Shown: piece by piece, positions 1 to 11,442 of the stretch
How positions within the stretch are numbered: position 1 is the first letter of the stretch
Layout of the letters: the number at the start of each line of letters is the position of its first letter
From: an uncultured Desulfospira sp.
GTDB lineage: Bacteria; Desulfobacterota; Desulfobacteria; Desulfobacterales; Desulfobacteraceae
Reading direction: 5' to 3'
Assembly (NCBI GenBank): GCA_963663165.1
Contig: OY760175.1
Coordinates: 2,176,001 to 2,240,000, forward strand
Length of the DNA: 64,000 bases
The notes under the pieces: model-generated
The model's input: the letters and a program-made list of their open reading frames with translations, nothing else
Databases searched by the model: none
Told to the model about the DNA's origin: nothing
Made by a program: the position numbers and the translations under genes

Positions 1-543
1 CTGGACACCAAACGTTCGGCAATAGGACGAACAATACCCTTCGCCTGCCAGCTTGCTTGCCCCATATGGTGAAACCGGATGGGGCGGCAACTCTTCATGG
101 ATCGGCGGTGAGCATTCTCCGGCAGGCGCTCCGCTGGATGCAAATATAAATTTTTTTATACCGTTAACCTTTGCGGCTTCCAGATAATTTAATGTTCCGA
201 TAACATTAATCAAACAGTCCTTATGGGGGTTTTCAACAGAAGGCGCCACCCCGGTATTGGCCGCGAGATGGACAATCACATCAATCCCCTTTGAAACTGC
301 AACGGCAAAATCTGTACTCCTGATGTCTGCCTGGACAAGGGTCACTTGATGTTGCTCATCCGCAACCGGGATTGAATCAGGCTCAAGCTCTGTGAAATGG
401 CAGACATGGGATAAATCTTCCCTGGTCCCCACGCTTAAATCATCAACGACCCGTATAAAATTATTGGGGTCAGATAAAAGCTGCTTGATCAGATTCCTGC
501 CGATAAAGCCGCACCCACCAGTTATAAGCCATTTTAATCCCAT
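1..543 (-). CDS. NAD-dependent epimerase/dehydratase (extended SDR), truncated at window start
   Basis: Not in ORF track. Manual translation from ATG at 543 gives MGLKWLITGGCGFIGRNL (Rossmann GxxGxxG) and later SPYGASKLAGEGY (YxxxK). Confidence 0.9.
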   Translation of the reverse strand, partial: MGLKWLITGGCGFIGRNLIKQLLSDPNNFIRVVDDLSVGTREDLSHVCHFTELEPDSIPVADEQHQVTLVQADIRSTDFAVAVSKGIDVIVHLAANTGVAPSVENPHKDCLINVIGTLNYLEAAKVNGIKKFIFASSGAPAGECSPPIHEELPPHPVSPYGASKLAGEGYCSSYCRTFGVQ

Positions 544-1682
544 TTGGTTCCTCTGAATACCCTGTGCCGGGCAATATTGTGTTCATGCTTTTTGACAAAC
601 TCCATCATCTCAATGAGCACCTCATCAGTGAGCAAATGGGGTTCAAGGCCAAGGTCTATCAATCCGGTATGAACCGGATTATAATAATGATCCTCTTTTT
701 CAATTCTTGGGTTGGCGATATTATTGACCGAAACCTCTAATCCAATTTTTGCTCCGGCGCTTTGGATGCGGTCAGCAATCTCGTTCACAGAAAATGTTTC
801 CGTAAATTGGTTAAAGATCCGCAATTCACCTTTTGAGGCTGGATTTTCCAAAGAAAGACGGACACAATTTAAGGTATCCATTATATTTAAATACCCTCTT
901 GTCTGACCGCCTTTTCCGTAAACCGTCAAGGGAAAGCCTGCAACCGCCTGGACAACAAACCGGTTTAAGACTGTTCCGAACAGCTCGTCATAACTGAAAA
1001 AAGGCAAAAGGCGCTCGTCATCTTGATTTTCCCATGTGAACAAGCCGTATACCGGCCCCTGCATCAAGTCGGTAACTCTTAAATTCCATATTCTTACGTA
1101 ATACCATAACAAATCCGTATCCATTATTTTGGTGGTGTGGTACAGACTACCGGCCTGGCGGGGAAAAAGAAACCGGTCCTCCCTATCTTTATGACGTATA
1201 TCCAGCCATCCTTCCTCAATATCAATATTTGGAGTTCCATATTCGCCCATGGTCCCTAACTTGATGATGTGTACATCAGGACAGAATTCTTTTGCGGCAA
1301 AAATAATATTGGCGGTTACAGCCAAATTATTATTTAGTGTCAGCATGGCGGCAGGCCGATTCAGCATTGAATATGGCGCTGAGGGCTGTTCTGCATAATG
1401 GATGACCGCATCCGGCTTAAAAGAGGAAAAAAGGTCTGCTGTGAATGACCAGTCAGTCAGGTCCCCTATCCTGACGGCTATGGTTTTACCGGCTTTTTGT
1501 TCCCATATTCTGGAGCGTTCCTGAATATTGGGGACTTCGAATAAAGGCTCACAGTCTTCTTCCCTTGATATATTTCTTCGCAAATAATTGTCCGCCACCA
1601 GAATATCGTGCCCCTTAGCAGACAAATGCATTGCCGTCGGCCACCCTAAATACCCGTCTCCTCCAGCAATTAGAATTTTCAT
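534..1682 (-). CDS. sqdB: UDP-sulfoquinovose synthase-like SDR (SqdB/Agl3 family)
   Basis: GGDGYLGWPTA, HYAEQPSAPYSM, KLGTMGEYGTPNIDIEEG, YHTTK, TDLMQGPVYG motifs typical of SqdB/SQD1. Confidence 0.85.
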   Translation of the reverse strand: MKILIAGGDGYLGWPTAMHLSAKGHDILVADNYLRRNISREEDCEPLFEVPNIQERSRIWEQKAGKTIAVRIGDLTDWSFTADLFSSFKPDAVIHYAEQPSAPYSMLNRPAAMLTLNNNLAVTANIIFAAKEFCPDVHIIKLGTMGEYGTPNIDIEEGWLDIRHKDREDRFLFPRQAGSLYHTTKIMDTDLLWYYVRIWNLRVTDLMQGPVYGLFTWENQDDERLLPFFSYDELFGTVLNRFVVQAVAGFPLTVYGKGGQTRGYLNIMDTLNCVRLSLENPASKGELRIFNQFTETFSVNEIADRIQSAGAKIGLEVSVNNIANPRIEKEDHYYNPVHTGLIDLGLEPHLLTDEVLIEMMEFVKKHEHNIARHRVFRGTKWD

Positions 1683-1684
1683 GC

Positions 1685-2779
1685 TTATTTATCCTTTCTA
1701 TCCCCCGGCCAATATCGTTGGTCCGGGTGATCATCCCTGTATTTGCTTAAATCCAGTAAATTATTTGAAAATAAAAATTCTTTAATGGCGTTTTTATCCA
1801 TATAAGGTTGATTTGCCGAAACATAGGGGTCGGTGACCTGATCTGAGACAATCCCCTCATAGTCATAAGAGATATTTTTATAAAGTCCCCTGAATGCCGG
1901 CAGCACACTAAAATAACTGCCCAGTTCAACAGCCCTTCTGGTCTCCTCCTGGCTCATCAGTTCTTCGTACAATTTTTCGCCGGGTTTTACCCCTATTTCA
2001 ACAATATCAATGTCACCCGGGTCAAAGCCAAATTCCGGGGCCAAGTTCTCAATCATCACATCAGCCAGATCTTTGATCCGTATAACCGGCATTTTGGTAA
2101 TGAATACCTCACCACCCCTGGCGATTTCAGACGAATCAATAACCAGTTTTGCGGCCTGGCTGATACTCATCACAAATCGTGTCATCTCTGAATGCGTGAG
2201 CGTGACAGGACCACCCTTTTCAATCTGTTTTATAAATATGGGAATGACGGATCCGCTTGAGCCCAGTACATTCCCAAACCGAGTGCTGGCGAAAACGGTA
2301 TTACCGGTATAATTATTACTGTTGGCAGCAGTAACCAGTCGTTCTCCCATCAACTTGCTTGTACCCATCACATTTGTGGGGTTAACCGCTTTGTCCGAGC
2401 TTGTGAAAATAACTTTTGAAACAAGGTTATCAATAGAGGCTCTCACAATATTCTGAACGCCATGAACATTTGTCTGAACAGCTTCATAGGGCGAGCGTTC
2501 ACACATGACAACATGTTTAAGTGCTGCCGCATGAAAAATAACATCAACCTGCCTGGTGACCCTTGAGATTTTCTCAAAATCACGGACATCTGCCAAAACA
2601 AACCGGGTTTGACTGTTATGGACATATTCCTGATCCATAAAAAACAACTCGCTCTCGCTGTTATCGATTCCGATAACTTCTGCAGGAGCATATAAACTAC
2701 TGGACAAAAGAATCTTGAATAATTCTTTTCCGACTGTACCGCATGAGCCTGTAATAAGGATACGCTTATTCTCAAACAT
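1685..2779 (-). CDS. Polysaccharide biosynthesis protein, UDP-GlcNAc 4,6-dehydratase family (CapD/PseB/FnlA-like)
   Basis: FHAAALKHV, TSSDKAVNPTNVMGTSK, RFGNVLGSSGSVIP, MTRF, PGEKLYEEL. Start trimmed to MFENK. Confidence 0.9.
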   Translation of the reverse strand: MFENKRILITGSCGTVGKELFKILLSSSLYAPAEVIGIDNSESELFFMDQEYVHNSQTRFVLADVRDFEKISRVTRQVDVIFHAAALKHVVMCERSPYEAVQTNVHGVQNIVRASIDNLVSKVIFTSSDKAVNPTNVMGTSKLMGERLVTAANSNNYTGNTVFASTRFGNVLGSSGSVIPIFIKQIEKGGPVTLTHSEMTRFVMSISQAAKLVIDSSEIARGGEVFITKMPVIRIKDLADVMIENLAPEFGFDPGDIDIVEIGVKPGEKLYEELMSQEETRRAVELGSYFSVLPAFRGLYKNISYDYEGIVSDQVTDPYVSANQPYMDKNAIKEFLFSNNLLDLSKYRDDHPDQRYWPGDRKDK

Positions 2780-2879
2780 ATGGTTTCCCAATTTTGGAAT
2801 GCTCCGATGCTGTCTCACATCAAAGAAGAAGTGAAATTATAAGTAAAAAAGAGAGATGGGAAATCTTTTGTTATTTCCC

Positions 2880-4184
2880 CTATCGACTTTGTTTTCTTGA
2901 ACTCTCAATCAATGCAATCAAAAAAGAAATCCCCATGCCCAATATCAATCCCAATATGCCCCCCACCACGACGATTAATTTTTTATTTTTGGGGAAGCTA
3001 AGGTTGGCGGAAACAGGGCCCGCTTTAATTCCGTTAAGTTTCATATCATCCCATTTAATTTTCTCCAGCAAAAAAAGTTTATCTTTAAAGCCTTCAACGC
3101 CTTCAATGGGGTAGTCCTTTTTTTCGAGCTGCTGGAGTTTATCTTTCTTAAAGAAAAGATCATCAAGAGCCGGTGAAGAAATATTTTTTTTATCCAGTTT
3201 GGCTTGAATAGATTTCACGTTTTCTTCTAACTCGATTTGATAACAAGATTTAGGTATCCCGTCATTTGAATTCAATTTTTTCTGCACCAGGACGATTTCA
3301 TTGTCAATGGCCTGAATTCCACGCATATAAGCCGGTTTCCCGGACAAATTTTCCGGCATCTTCACGACCCCTATTTTCTCAGCCAGAGTCCGCTGTTCCA
3401 AAAGCTCATTGAGCTGCTTTTTCATTTGATATTTTTCCTGCAATGCCACCAGAGAAATTTTGTTCTTGAGTTCATAAAGGCTGTTGTCGAGCTTTTGCAA
3501 TTCTCTATTTTTTTCAATACTGATATCCAATTCAATAGACGATAGCTTTTGTTGTATTTTTGCCTTCTCGATCCTTTCCAAACTGTCAAGTCTGCCTTTA
3601 GATGCTATTACTCTTGCCTCTGTATTTAAACTTAAGTAATCTAAAACTTCTTTGCGGGTATATTCGTTAATATATTGGATTAATTCATTTAGGATTGCAG
3701 TTGCATTATCCGGGTTATCGCCTTTGAATGAAACAACCACCACCTGGGGAAGCCTTTGATTTCTCGGAGGCCCATTAACCGTTAAATCATTTAAAAAATC
3801 TGTTTTTTTGATATTTTGATTTTCAATGCTGATTTTGTCTTTCCAAAACTGAGCCTGGACCTTTCTATTTTTAATATTCTGAAGGCAATATTCAAATGCG
3901 ATTCCTGAATCAGGATAAATACTTTTCAATTCCGAGTTTTCAGCCCTCAACTTCTCTTCATGAGGGTCAACAACGGTCTGAATTTTTGTCTGGACACTAT
4001 ATCTATCCTGTACCAATAAACAATACACCAAAGAGACCAGCGTAAATAAAAATGTTATAGTTAAAATAACCCACCGGTAACGCCATAGTACCCTTAATAT
4101 GTCCAAAAGGTTTAATTCATCATCCGTTGATTTATGCTCGAAATTTGTGTCTAAACTCAATTGGGCGCTATTTTCTTTTCCCAT
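2880..4184 (-). CDS. wzz: Wzz/FepE-type polysaccharide chain-length determinant
   Basis: N-terminal DELNLLDILRVLW plus TM helix, long coiled-coil periplasmic region, C-terminal PKNKK then Gly-rich TM (GGILGLILG). Confidence 0.85.
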   Translation of the reverse strand: MGKENSAQLSLDTNFEHKSTDDELNLLDILRVLWRYRWVILTITFLFTLVSLVYCLLVQDRYSVQTKIQTVVDPHEEKLRAENSELKSIYPDSGIAFEYCLQNIKNRKVQAQFWKDKISIENQNIKKTDFLNDLTVNGPPRNQRLPQVVVVSFKGDNPDNATAILNELIQYINEYTRKEVLDYLSLNTEARVIASKGRLDSLERIEKAKIQQKLSSIELDISIEKNRELQKLDNSLYELKNKISLVALQEKYQMKKQLNELLEQRTLAEKIGVVKMPENLSGKPAYMRGIQAIDNEIVLVQKKLNSNDGIPKSCYQIELEENVKSIQAKLDKKNISSPALDDLFFKKDKLQQLEKKDYPIEGVEGFKDKLFLLEKIKWDDMKLNGIKAGPVSANLSFPKNKKLIVVVGGILGLILGMGISFLIALIESSRKQSR

Positions 4185-4305
4185 TAAACACCTTTAAATT
4201 TGTTATTGTTTCATCCTCAAATTTGCCTGCCAAAATCAATTCTGTGCTGTTGGTTCAATCGACCCTGCTAAGTTAGAAGTCAGGCAAATCAAATCCTTTA
4301 AATTC

Positions 4306-5994
4306 TTAATTTAATAATAACTCGCTACAAATTCGTGCTTGATCTTCTTTGCTCAGGTACGGATACATGGGAAGACTGAATATCCTTGATGCACAATCTT
4401 CAGAGACGGGGAAATCCCCTTTTTCATGCCCCAAATCAGCAAAGGCGATCTGTAAATGCAATGGTTTTGGATAATATACGGCCGTCGGGATTCCTTTTTC
4501 TTTGAGCCTTTCTTGGATCCGGCTTCTTGTCGCCCCGTCAAAGGTAAGAATTGAATATTGAGCCCAGGCACTTTTGATTCTGGAAAAATGCTTGGGCAAC
4601 GTTAGCCTGTTATTTGCCGATAGCGCTTCTTGATATGCGTTTGCGATACTGCGCCGGGATTCCAGTTCCTGTGGGAAAATTTCAAATTTGGGAAGCAGTA
4701 TGGCGGCCTGAAGCGTATCCAACCGTCCATTGATTCCTATTCGGATATTGTCGTATTTATCAGCACCTTTGCCGTGAACACGAATGGACTTAATTCTATC
4801 TGCAACTTCATCAGAGTCCGTGAACACGGCACCGCCATCACCATACCCCCCAAGGGGTTTTGCGGGGAAAAATGATGTGCAGCCCACATGGCCGAGGGCG
4901 CCTGCCATCCGGCCCTTGTATTCAGCGCCAAAGGACTGGGCAGCATCTTCAATCACCACAAGATCATACGCTGATGCGATCGGGTTTATCCGGTCATAAT
5001 CACATGGAAGGCCAAACAGATCCACTGGGATAATTGCTTTTGGGTTTAAATTTCCCTCTGATGTTACCTTTGTAATGGCTGCCTCAAGTCCCGCCGGCAG
5101 GATATTGAAAGTTTCAATATCGATATCCACAAATACCGGGGTTGCCCCGATTAGCTTAATGACCTCAGCGGTTGCGATAAATGTAAACGGGGTTGTGAAA
5201 ACCGCATCACCGGGACCAATACCATACGCCATCAGAGCCATCAGCAGGGCATCGGTCCCCGAGCTGCAGGTGATCGCGTGGCGTGTTTTTGCAAACACTG
5301 CCAGCTTCTTTTCCAACTCAGAGACTTCCGGCCCCATGATATATTTCCCGTGGCTGAGTACATTCTTTATACGTTGTTCAAGCTTTGGCAGGATAATTTT
5401 CTGCTGGGCAGCCAGTGAAACAAAGGGGATAGGCTTGTTTTGTTCCTGCCTGTCTGATGTCGGGTCAATTCCTTTGCCGCAAACCGGACAAACGAAATCC
5501 TGATTTAACTTTTCACCGCATTCACATACCCAGCCGGTCTGTTTTGCTGGATTTCCCATTACCAGTGCATGATCCGGCACATCTTTTGTTACAACGGCAC
5601 CCGCCCCCACAAATGCATATTTTCCAATGGTTACGCCGCAGACGATAGTACAGTTGGCACCAAGGCTTACCCCCTTTTTAATCCGTGTGGGGCGGACTTC
5701 ATCCATCCGCCTTATATGGGACCTTGGGTTAAACACGTTGGTGAACACCATGGAGGGGCCGCAGAATACATCATCTTCCAGGGTTACCCCTTTATACACG
5801 GAAACATTATTTTGAATCTTGCAGCCGTTTCCAATGGACACATCAGGGCCTGCAACCACATTCTGTCCAAAATTGCAGTTGGCTCCAACAATGGTATTTT
5901 TCATAATATGGGAAAAATGCCATATTTTTGTTCCATTGCCGATGGTCACATTCTCATCCAGCTGTGCCGTGGGATGAACAAAATAATCATTCAT
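4306..5994 (-). CDS. Fused WbpD-like hexapeptide N-acetyltransferase and WbpE/DegT-family PLP aminotransferase
   Basis: N-half: [27 protein letters not shown] hexapeptide repeats. C-half: [31 protein letters not shown]. One continuous frame; start trimmed to MNDYF. Confidence 0.88.
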   Translation of the reverse strand: MNDYFVHPTAQLDENVTIGNGTKIWHFSHIMKNTIVGANCNFGQNVVAGPDVSIGNGCKIQNNVSVYKGVTLEDDVFCGPSMVFTNVFNPRSHIRRMDEVRPTRIKKGVSLGANCTIVCGVTIGKYAFVGAGAVVTKDVPDHALVMGNPAKQTGWVCECGEKLNQDFVCPVCGKGIDPTSDRQEQNKPIPFVSLAAQQKIILPKLEQRIKNVLSHGKYIMGPEVSELEKKLAVFAKTRHAITCSSGTDALLMALMAYGIGPGDAVFTTPFTFIATAEVIKLIGATPVFVDIDIETFNILPAGLEAAITKVTSEGNLNPKAIIPVDLFGLPCDYDRINPIASAYDLVVIEDAAQSFGAEYKGRMAGALGHVGCTSFFPAKPLGGYGDGGAVFTDSDEVADRIKSIRVHGKGADKYDNIRIGINGRLDTLQAAILLPKFEIFPQELESRRSIANAYQEALSANNRLTLPKHFSRIKSAWAQYSILTFDGATRSRIQERLKEKGIPTAVYYPKPLHLQIAFADLGHEKGDFPVSEDCASRIFSLPMYPYLSKEDQARICSELLLN

Positions 5995-5998
5995 GGAT

Positions 5999-7072
<1,074 letters not shown>

Positions 7073-7114
7073 TCAAAATAAAATTTGATAAAATTCCCGA
7101 CAATAATAACGGAA

Positions 7115-7501
7115 TCAAATTATTCTTTTCACATCTTGAAGCAAGTCCGTATCATGCCGGACTGTGTCATCCATTCCTTGAACCTGCTCAAATAGGATAT
7201 TGATTTCTTTTTTGATTTCGTCATATTCCTGGATTCTGATTTTTAAGCGTTTTAAGGCAAGACGGGTCAGTTCTTTCAAACCTGCAGGCGTAATGCGGTA
7301 TAGATAGGCCGTTTTTTTGGAGGCATTTTTAAATCTTTCAATCCGAATCAGCCCTTTTTGAGCGAGAAAAGAAATGCAAAAATTAACCTTTCCCAAACTG
7401 ATTCCCATTTTATGTTTCATTTCTCTTTGGGTCAGGTTTGGTTCTTCTTTTAAAAGGCTCAGCAATTTGAATCGTATATCATTATCCATAGGAATGTTCA
7501 T
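7115..7501 (-). CDS. EPS-associated MarR-family transcriptional regulator
   Basis: wHTH PNLTQRE..MGISLGKVNFC..KGLI..F.NA..K.AYLY.ITPAG; sits at the head of the polysaccharide cluster. Confidence 0.85.
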   Translation of the reverse strand: MNIPMDNDIRFKLLSLLKEEPNLTQREMKHKMGISLGKVNFCISFLAQKGLIRIERFKNASKKTAYLYRITPAGLKELTRLALKRLKIRIQEYDEIKKEINILFEQVQGMDDTVRHDTDLLQDVKRII

Positions 7502-7620
7502 CAGGTGAACTTATATGGCATCACTTGGGGAAGGTCAAGAATTATTTGGAGTTTGAAGGGAAAATCACCTATTTGTCGTATCCCGATAAAACAACCACAT
7601 TTTGTTAAGATATTAAACAG

Positions 7621-8544
7621 TTACCCAGCAAAAATAACCGTGACCTGGGCCCTTCGGTGGAAGGATTTTTGCTTGATGGGCTGTGTGGCTGCGAACCGGT
7701 ATTCGCCGGTGGTTCCGATCTTAAAAATGGAGGGTTTCAGACCGTTTTTAACCAGTTCGTGGACGATATTCGCGGCCCTGGAAGCGGCAAGCTCGAGATT
7801 GGAGGGGTATCGCTTGGTATGTATAGGGTCGGTATCGGCGTACCCGTCCACCACCACCTTGATGTCATATGGTTTCAGGAACAGGGCCAGTTTTTTTAGA
7901 AAATTTTTATATTCTTTGGCCACCCGGGCGCTGCCTGAAGAAAAGAGAATGGGAAGCGTGGTGTTGATTTTCAGGCAGGTGCCGTCTCCGGCCACCTCGA
8001 CCCAGTCATCAAGCCCCAGATCCTTTATCCGTTTTTCAATGGACGCCTTTTTCACTGACGGTCTGTGGCTGCTGTTGATATCAGTGTTAATATTTTCCGA
8101 TAGGATTTGATTTTTTACACCACTTGGGATAGTGGGGCTTGATTTTTTTTGGGACTCGTATGTTTTGATGTAAGAGGCATTTAATGCGGACAGCCTGGCC
8201 TTCTCTTTTTTCAGATATTGTATTTTTTTTTCTTTGGCGATTACAGAATCGGTCAGGTCCGAAGCCGGCTGCCTTCCGGCATCGCTGATTCGATTGATCT
8301 TAAGAACGAGCCAGTCCATGTCTTTTTCGATGGATCTGATCTGGTTCTCCAGCACTTTGATCTCGTTTTGATGCTGATCAATGATTTTTTTTAATTCAAC
8401 GGTGGTGTAGGCGCTGGTATCAAAAGGCCACTTGTCATAATGCCCTGCCGCATTCAAGGAGACTGGTCCAACGAACAGAACAGCGCCGATGAAAATCAGC
8501 AATCCCCACAGAAAAATGTTTAATTTATCCATTGAATATCCCAT
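7621..8544 (-). CDS. OmpA/MotB-family peptidoglycan-binding protein with N-terminal TM and coiled coil
   Basis: ILFSSGSA, VDGYADTDPI, YPSNLELAASRA, HRRAQV C-terminal OmpA-like domain; AAGGAGG RBS before ATG 8544. Confidence 0.8.
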   Translation of the reverse strand: MGYSMDKLNIFLWGLLIFIGAVLFVGPVSLNAAGHYDKWPFDTSAYTTVELKKIIDQHQNEIKVLENQIRSIEKDMDWLVLKINRISDAGRQPASDLTDSVIAKEKKIQYLKKEKARLSALNASYIKTYESQKKSSPTIPSGVKNQILSENINTDINSSHRPSVKKASIEKRIKDLGLDDWVEVAGDGTCLKINTTLPILFSSGSARVAKEYKNFLKKLALFLKPYDIKVVVDGYADTDPIHTKRYPSNLELAASRAANIVHELVKNGLKPSIFKIGTTGEYRFAATQPIKQKSFHRRAQVTVIFAG

Positions 8545-8609
8545 GATTTCCTCCTTGAAACCTTGCGGCATAAAACAGCGGCCTTCCCCCCGATACCGGT
8601 ATCAAAATT

Positions 8610-8644
8610 TTAGACGTTAGACATTGGACTTCAGACTTTAGAAA
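8610..8644. repeat. Degenerate heptamer tandem array (TTAGACN x5)
   Basis: TTAGACG TTAGACA TTGGACT TCAGACT TTAGAAA read directly. Confidence 0.6.
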
Positions 8645-8683
8645 ACCGCCCGTAAAAAAGCCTCGAGACTTAAGCCCTAAACC

Positions 8684-9205
8684 TTATGAGCTTGTGTCAA
8701 ACATTCCGGACATGAGAGATGCGCCGGTGGGCTGCACGTTGTTTCCAAGCCCTACAGGCCACCAGACCATGCCCTTCTTGGCAAAATTAATGCGCAACCG
8801 CAGCCGGGCGTTGGTGATGCCGTACTCGCCCTGGGTGATCTCCACGATTTCAGCCCCTCTCAGCCAGGACTGGGTATGGACCTGAATCATTTCCTGGTTA
8901 ACCGTGCCGTTCCCGGCTTTCAGGAAAGCATCCACATATACCCCTCTGATCTTTTCAACCAGCTGCCGGTAGCCGTCGGCAACCGCAGCCCTTTCCGCCA
9001 TGATCACCGCTTCACCTTTTGTCAGTGCGGTTTCAGGTTCAAGCCCTTTGCCGGTAACGTAAAAAGTCACAACCTTTGAATTGTCTGCACCGCCGGTTCC
9101 GCCAAGAACGCCGCCAGGGTTACTGGCATTGGAGTAAAATCCGGCTGTAGAACAGCCAAAAAGGAACAAAGCCAAAAGTCCGGTTGCCATGTAAATTAGA
9201 TTTTT
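8684..9205 (-). CDS. LPP20/FlgP-like lipoprotein
   Basis: Lipobox LFGC; MAERAAVADGYRQLVEKIRGVYV resembles the LPP20 family core. Confidence 0.75.
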   Translation of the reverse strand, partial: KNLIYMATGLLALFLFGCSTAGFYSNASNPGGVLGGTGGADNSKVVTFYVTGKGLEPETALTKGEAVIMAERAAVADGYRQLVEKIRGVYVDAFLKAGNGTVNQEMIQVHTQSWLRGAEIVEITQGEYGITNARLRLRINFAKKGMVWWPVGLGNNVQPTGASLMSGMFDTSS

Positions 9206-9542
9206 CATTTTTCCCCTTCCTGAATCTCGGCCACGTTGGCTTATGGCGTCCATGCCCGATTTCATGTCTGCTTAAAGAACTCACATCCCTTGAATTCAAG
9301 TCAAAGGCTTAATGATTATGTGGTACCTGTTTTATATGCTTCCGGCATACCGCAGAATTCAACATTCACGGCCAGCTGATTTGATTTTGTTGCCTGGGTT
9401 CACGACCCGTTGACGGCTGTGATTCCAGCGTGATACACTTTAGAATCGTCAACCATTGAGGTTAACTTTAACATCCAGGGCCGAATAAATCAAAAACAAC
9501 CATCATATCTGGAAAAGGCCGGACTATTTTTTCTGCCAAGTT

Positions 9543-10124
9543 ATGCCTGACTTTAACCTGCCTCAAATAGCTAATCATACAAAATGTGTGCCTTCTGTTT
9601 TAGCGGCCCTTATATTTTATGGCATCATCAGTATCATACTCTGTTTGATGTGGCCGAAATCCCCTGTTTATGCGGGAGATGAGATTTCTATGTATTACTT
9701 GAGGTATGATGTCCAATCCATTAATCACAAACTCACGGATGAAAAACTGACCATGATTCCGGCTGAAAATGACTTCAGGGCGGAAAATTTTTCTCACCAT
9801 TTATTCTCAGGGTCCATGTCTCCCCGGCCGGGAGAATCCACCCTGACGTTTAAAAAAAGGACCAGGGAGCGGGTTTTAAAATCTGTTCTCAAAGATAAGG
9901 GCTTGAAATCCGTTTACACGGCCAATTATAATACCATTGTCAGTTATGAAGGCGTGGTGAAAGTCCCCATCCAGCTAAAGGTCCAGAAGGGAGACCATGA
10001 GACAGTTGAATTTACAGCCGATATTTATTTTTCCCCCCTGGCATTCCCGGACCGGTGGAAAGGCCTTGAAACAAAAAATAAACTAAATCAGACGGTTCAT
10101 GATATTTTGCAGCTTTTCAAATAA
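9543..10124 (+). CDS. Hypothetical exported/membrane-anchored protein
   Basis: 193-aa ORF with N-terminal hydrophobic segment, directly upstream of the dacB-like gene. Confidence 0.65.
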   Translation: MPDFNLPQIANHTKCVPSVLAALIFYGIISIILCLMWPKSPVYAGDEISMYYLRYDVQSINHKLTDEKLTMIPAENDFRAENFSHHLFSGSMSPRPGESTLTFKKRTRERVLKSVLKDKGLKSVYTANYNTIVSYEGVVKVPIQLKVQKGDHETVEFTADIYFSPLAFPDRWKGLETKNKLNQTVHDILQLFK

Positions 10125-10140
10125 CCTCCCCCATGTTCAG

Positions 10141-11361
10141 ATGAAGCGTTACACCCTTTTCCTCATCGTTATCACAGGCCTTCTGCTGTTGTTTCCCCCC
10201 TGCCTGGGAAAAGGTGCCTGTCAACCGGCCCATACCGGTATCCTTTTGGCCGATGAACAGGGAAATGTGCTTTATTCACACAACCTGCACACCCCATTTA
10301 TTCCGGCATCCACCCTGAAAATTCTAACCAGCCTTGCAGCGCTCAAGTCTTTTGAGCAAGGCTTTCGGTATACCACCAAAGCAGATTATGACATCTCATC
10401 AGAATCCCTTCGGGTTAAAGGGCTTGGGGACCCGTTATTTATCTCTGAAATCATACAGGATTTTTGCCTGAATTTAATTGAGAACCAAGCCCTGTGCCAG
10501 GCGACTCCTGTCCGGCAGATTATCCTTGATCTCTCTTATTTTGAACCTGACATTCATATCCCGGGAACCGGCAACACCTTAAACCCCTATGATGCGACAA
10601 CCGGGGCCCTTTGCGCCAATTTCAATACGGTCATGTTTAAAACAGACCCTGTCACCGGAACATATGCCAGTGCCGAACCCCAAACGCCGTTGCCGGATAT
10701 ATTTACAACAGAAATCAAAAAGACAGGCCTGGCTCAGGGAAGAATTTTATTGTCCCCGGATCAGCGGAAGGTATATCCGGGACTGTTAATCCGGCATTTT
10801 CTTAAAGCCAGGGGCATTCCCGTCACCGGAGAAGTTACGATCGGGCCGTTTGGCCCGGATTCAGACACTGTTTTTTCATATCACTCGCGGTTCTCTATGG
10901 AAGAGATTGTCCAGCGGCTGTTGAAATTTTCAAATAATTTTATTGCCAATCAGATCCTTTTGACAATGGGAGCTAGCGTATACGGTCCGCCGGCGACCCT
11001 TGAGAAAGGGGTGAAAGCGCTTGAAACTTTTGCCAAAGAAGGCTTAGGTCTGACGGGAATTGAACTTTCAGAAGGGTCAGGGTTGTCCAGGAAAAACAGG
11101 GTAACGCCCTTTGAAATGGGGAAAATTCTGACCGCATTTGCCCCATACCACACTCTTTTACAGGAGAATCAAACCGAGTATTACAAAACCGGCACCCTGT
11201 CCGATGTCCGATGCCGGGCCGGATATATTAAATCAAAGGACTCCACCCTTTACCCGTTTGTCATCATGGTGAACCAAAAAGGCCAGGGGTATGCCGCTAT
11301 TCTCAAGGACCTCATTGACCGGGTCCATGGTTTGAGGGGCCCAAAGCCGGAAAAACAATAA
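10141..11361 (+). CDS. dacB: D-alanyl-D-alanine carboxypeptidase/endopeptidase (PBP4, peptidase S13)
   Basis: PASTLK (SxxK), SNNFIA (SxN), KTGTL, GSGLSR motifs; signal peptide. Confidence 0.88.
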   Translation: MKRYTLFLIVITGLLLLFPPCLGKGACQPAHTGILLADEQGNVLYSHNLHTPFIPASTLKILTSLAALKSFEQGFRYTTKADYDISSESLRVKGLGDPLFISEIIQDFCLNLIENQALCQATPVRQIILDLSYFEPDIHIPGTGNTLNPYDATTGALCANFNTVMFKTDPVTGTYASAEPQTPLPDIFTTEIKKTGLAQGRILLSPDQRKVYPGLLIRHFLKARGIPVTGEVTIGPFGPDSDTVFSYHSRFSMEEIVQRLLKFSNNFIANQILLTMGASVYGPPATLEKGVKALETFAKEGLGLTGIELSEGSGLSRKNRVTPFEMGKILTAFAPYHTLLQENQTEYYKTGTLSDVRCRAGYIKSKDSTLYPFVIMVNQKGQGYAAILKDLIDRVHGLRGPKPEKQ

Positions 11362-11442
11362 TAGACACTGCCCCTGCCGGGGTTCGGATTTCCTGCCTGA
11401 AAGGCTGAAGGCGCTTAGGAGGGCCTATTCCTTTCTTCTAAC

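Noticed and set aside
7505..8110. Long antisense ORFs (also 16449-17012, 23605-24150, 46622-47326)
   Set aside because: Shadows of well-supported genes on the opposite strand.
9337..9352. Sigma-54 promoter for the LPP20-OmpA genes (GG-N10-GC on - strand)
   Set aside because: Spacing fits, but flanks (CGGTAT..AAGC) match the TGGCAC..TTGC consensus too poorly.
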